Shown here: one piece after another, positions 63,554 to 64,000 of the stretch | Layout: every line of letters begins with the position of its first letter | How positions within the stretch are numbered: position 1 is the first letter of the stretch | Program-made: the position numbers and the translations under genes | The notes under the pieces: generated by a model | The model's database searches: none | What the model saw: the letters and a program-made list of their open reading frames with translations, nothing else | What the model was told of the DNA's origin: nothing | Assembly: GCA_964016885.1 (NCBI GenBank) | Contig: CAXHJY010000343.1 | Span: 186,001 to 250,000, forward strand | DNA: 64,000 nucleotides | DNA from: Eledone cirrhosa | Taxonomy: Eukaryota | Reading direction: 5' to 3'

Positions 63554-64000
63554 CTTTATTTCGATATCTTACATTAAAATGTTGACTGAGGGTGTGACAA
63601 CTGTTTCTTGTTTGAGGTTGTTCCAGTGGTTGAAATATAGACGGAGGTAATTAAATAATAAAGACAGTCATGATAACAATATATTTTATATCACATGTAA
63701 CAGTGGAATCTGATGATTGAAAAACATCAACATTTCAGTTTGGAAGTGTTTTTTCTATATATAAAAGTGGAGGAAGAAATATATTTTTCTAATGTTGTTA
63801 TATATATTTTCACTTGTATATAATTACTGGGTCGTTGTAGGGTTCACATAATTATATTATTTACACACATTAATATAGACATTAAGTAAATCTTTGTCAA
63901 CTTACCTCCTTCACATATAATCAATGTATTGTGTTGTTAGTTGTTACTAAACAACCAAAGAAATAATCTCTTTGTTATCAAATTAGAAGTTTCAAAGATG

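Larger units (their letters stand above)
57272..64000. repeat. Segmental copy of ~14229-20190 (intron of ZNF copy A)
   Basis: Same order of RTE fragment, SINE-tail repeats, 49-bp VNTR, deleted RTE, SINE, pogo end, MITE and exon block (donor at 63900-63905). Confidence 0.92.

Overview
Eukaryotic, AT-rich, microsatellite-dense DNA, most likely from an octopus or other coleoid cephalopod. This is inferred from the [12 protein letters not shown]-type C2H2 arrays and the RTE/SINE landscape, not from a database search. The window is part of a head-to-tail tandem cluster of minus-strand multi-C2H2 zinc-finger genes built from a ~20 kb duplicated unit. There are three ZF exons: 11.6-13.9 kb, 24.2-25.5 kb and a broken copy at 55.5-56.9 kb. 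Five copies of a shared block carry a putative 199-bp 5' non-coding exon. The introns and spacers are packed with transposons: an intact RTE LINE with a PHD finger inside its RT C-terminal region, decayed and internally deleted RTEs, a Penelope element, two Helitrons, a foldback MITE, a solo LTR, SINEs and a 4.2-kb 52-bp satellite. The paralogous units give empty versus filled insertion sites. The least expected signals are two type-I hammerhead ribozyme motifs in ZF introns, a spliced STPR-repeat mini-gene inside a Helitron, repeated loss or isolation of the RTE PHD module, mosaic ZF paralogs, and a ~1.9-kb mirror structure around a candidate promoter. No prokaryotic system or CRISPR array is present. 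Most short ORFs in the track are microsatellite or antisense artefacts.
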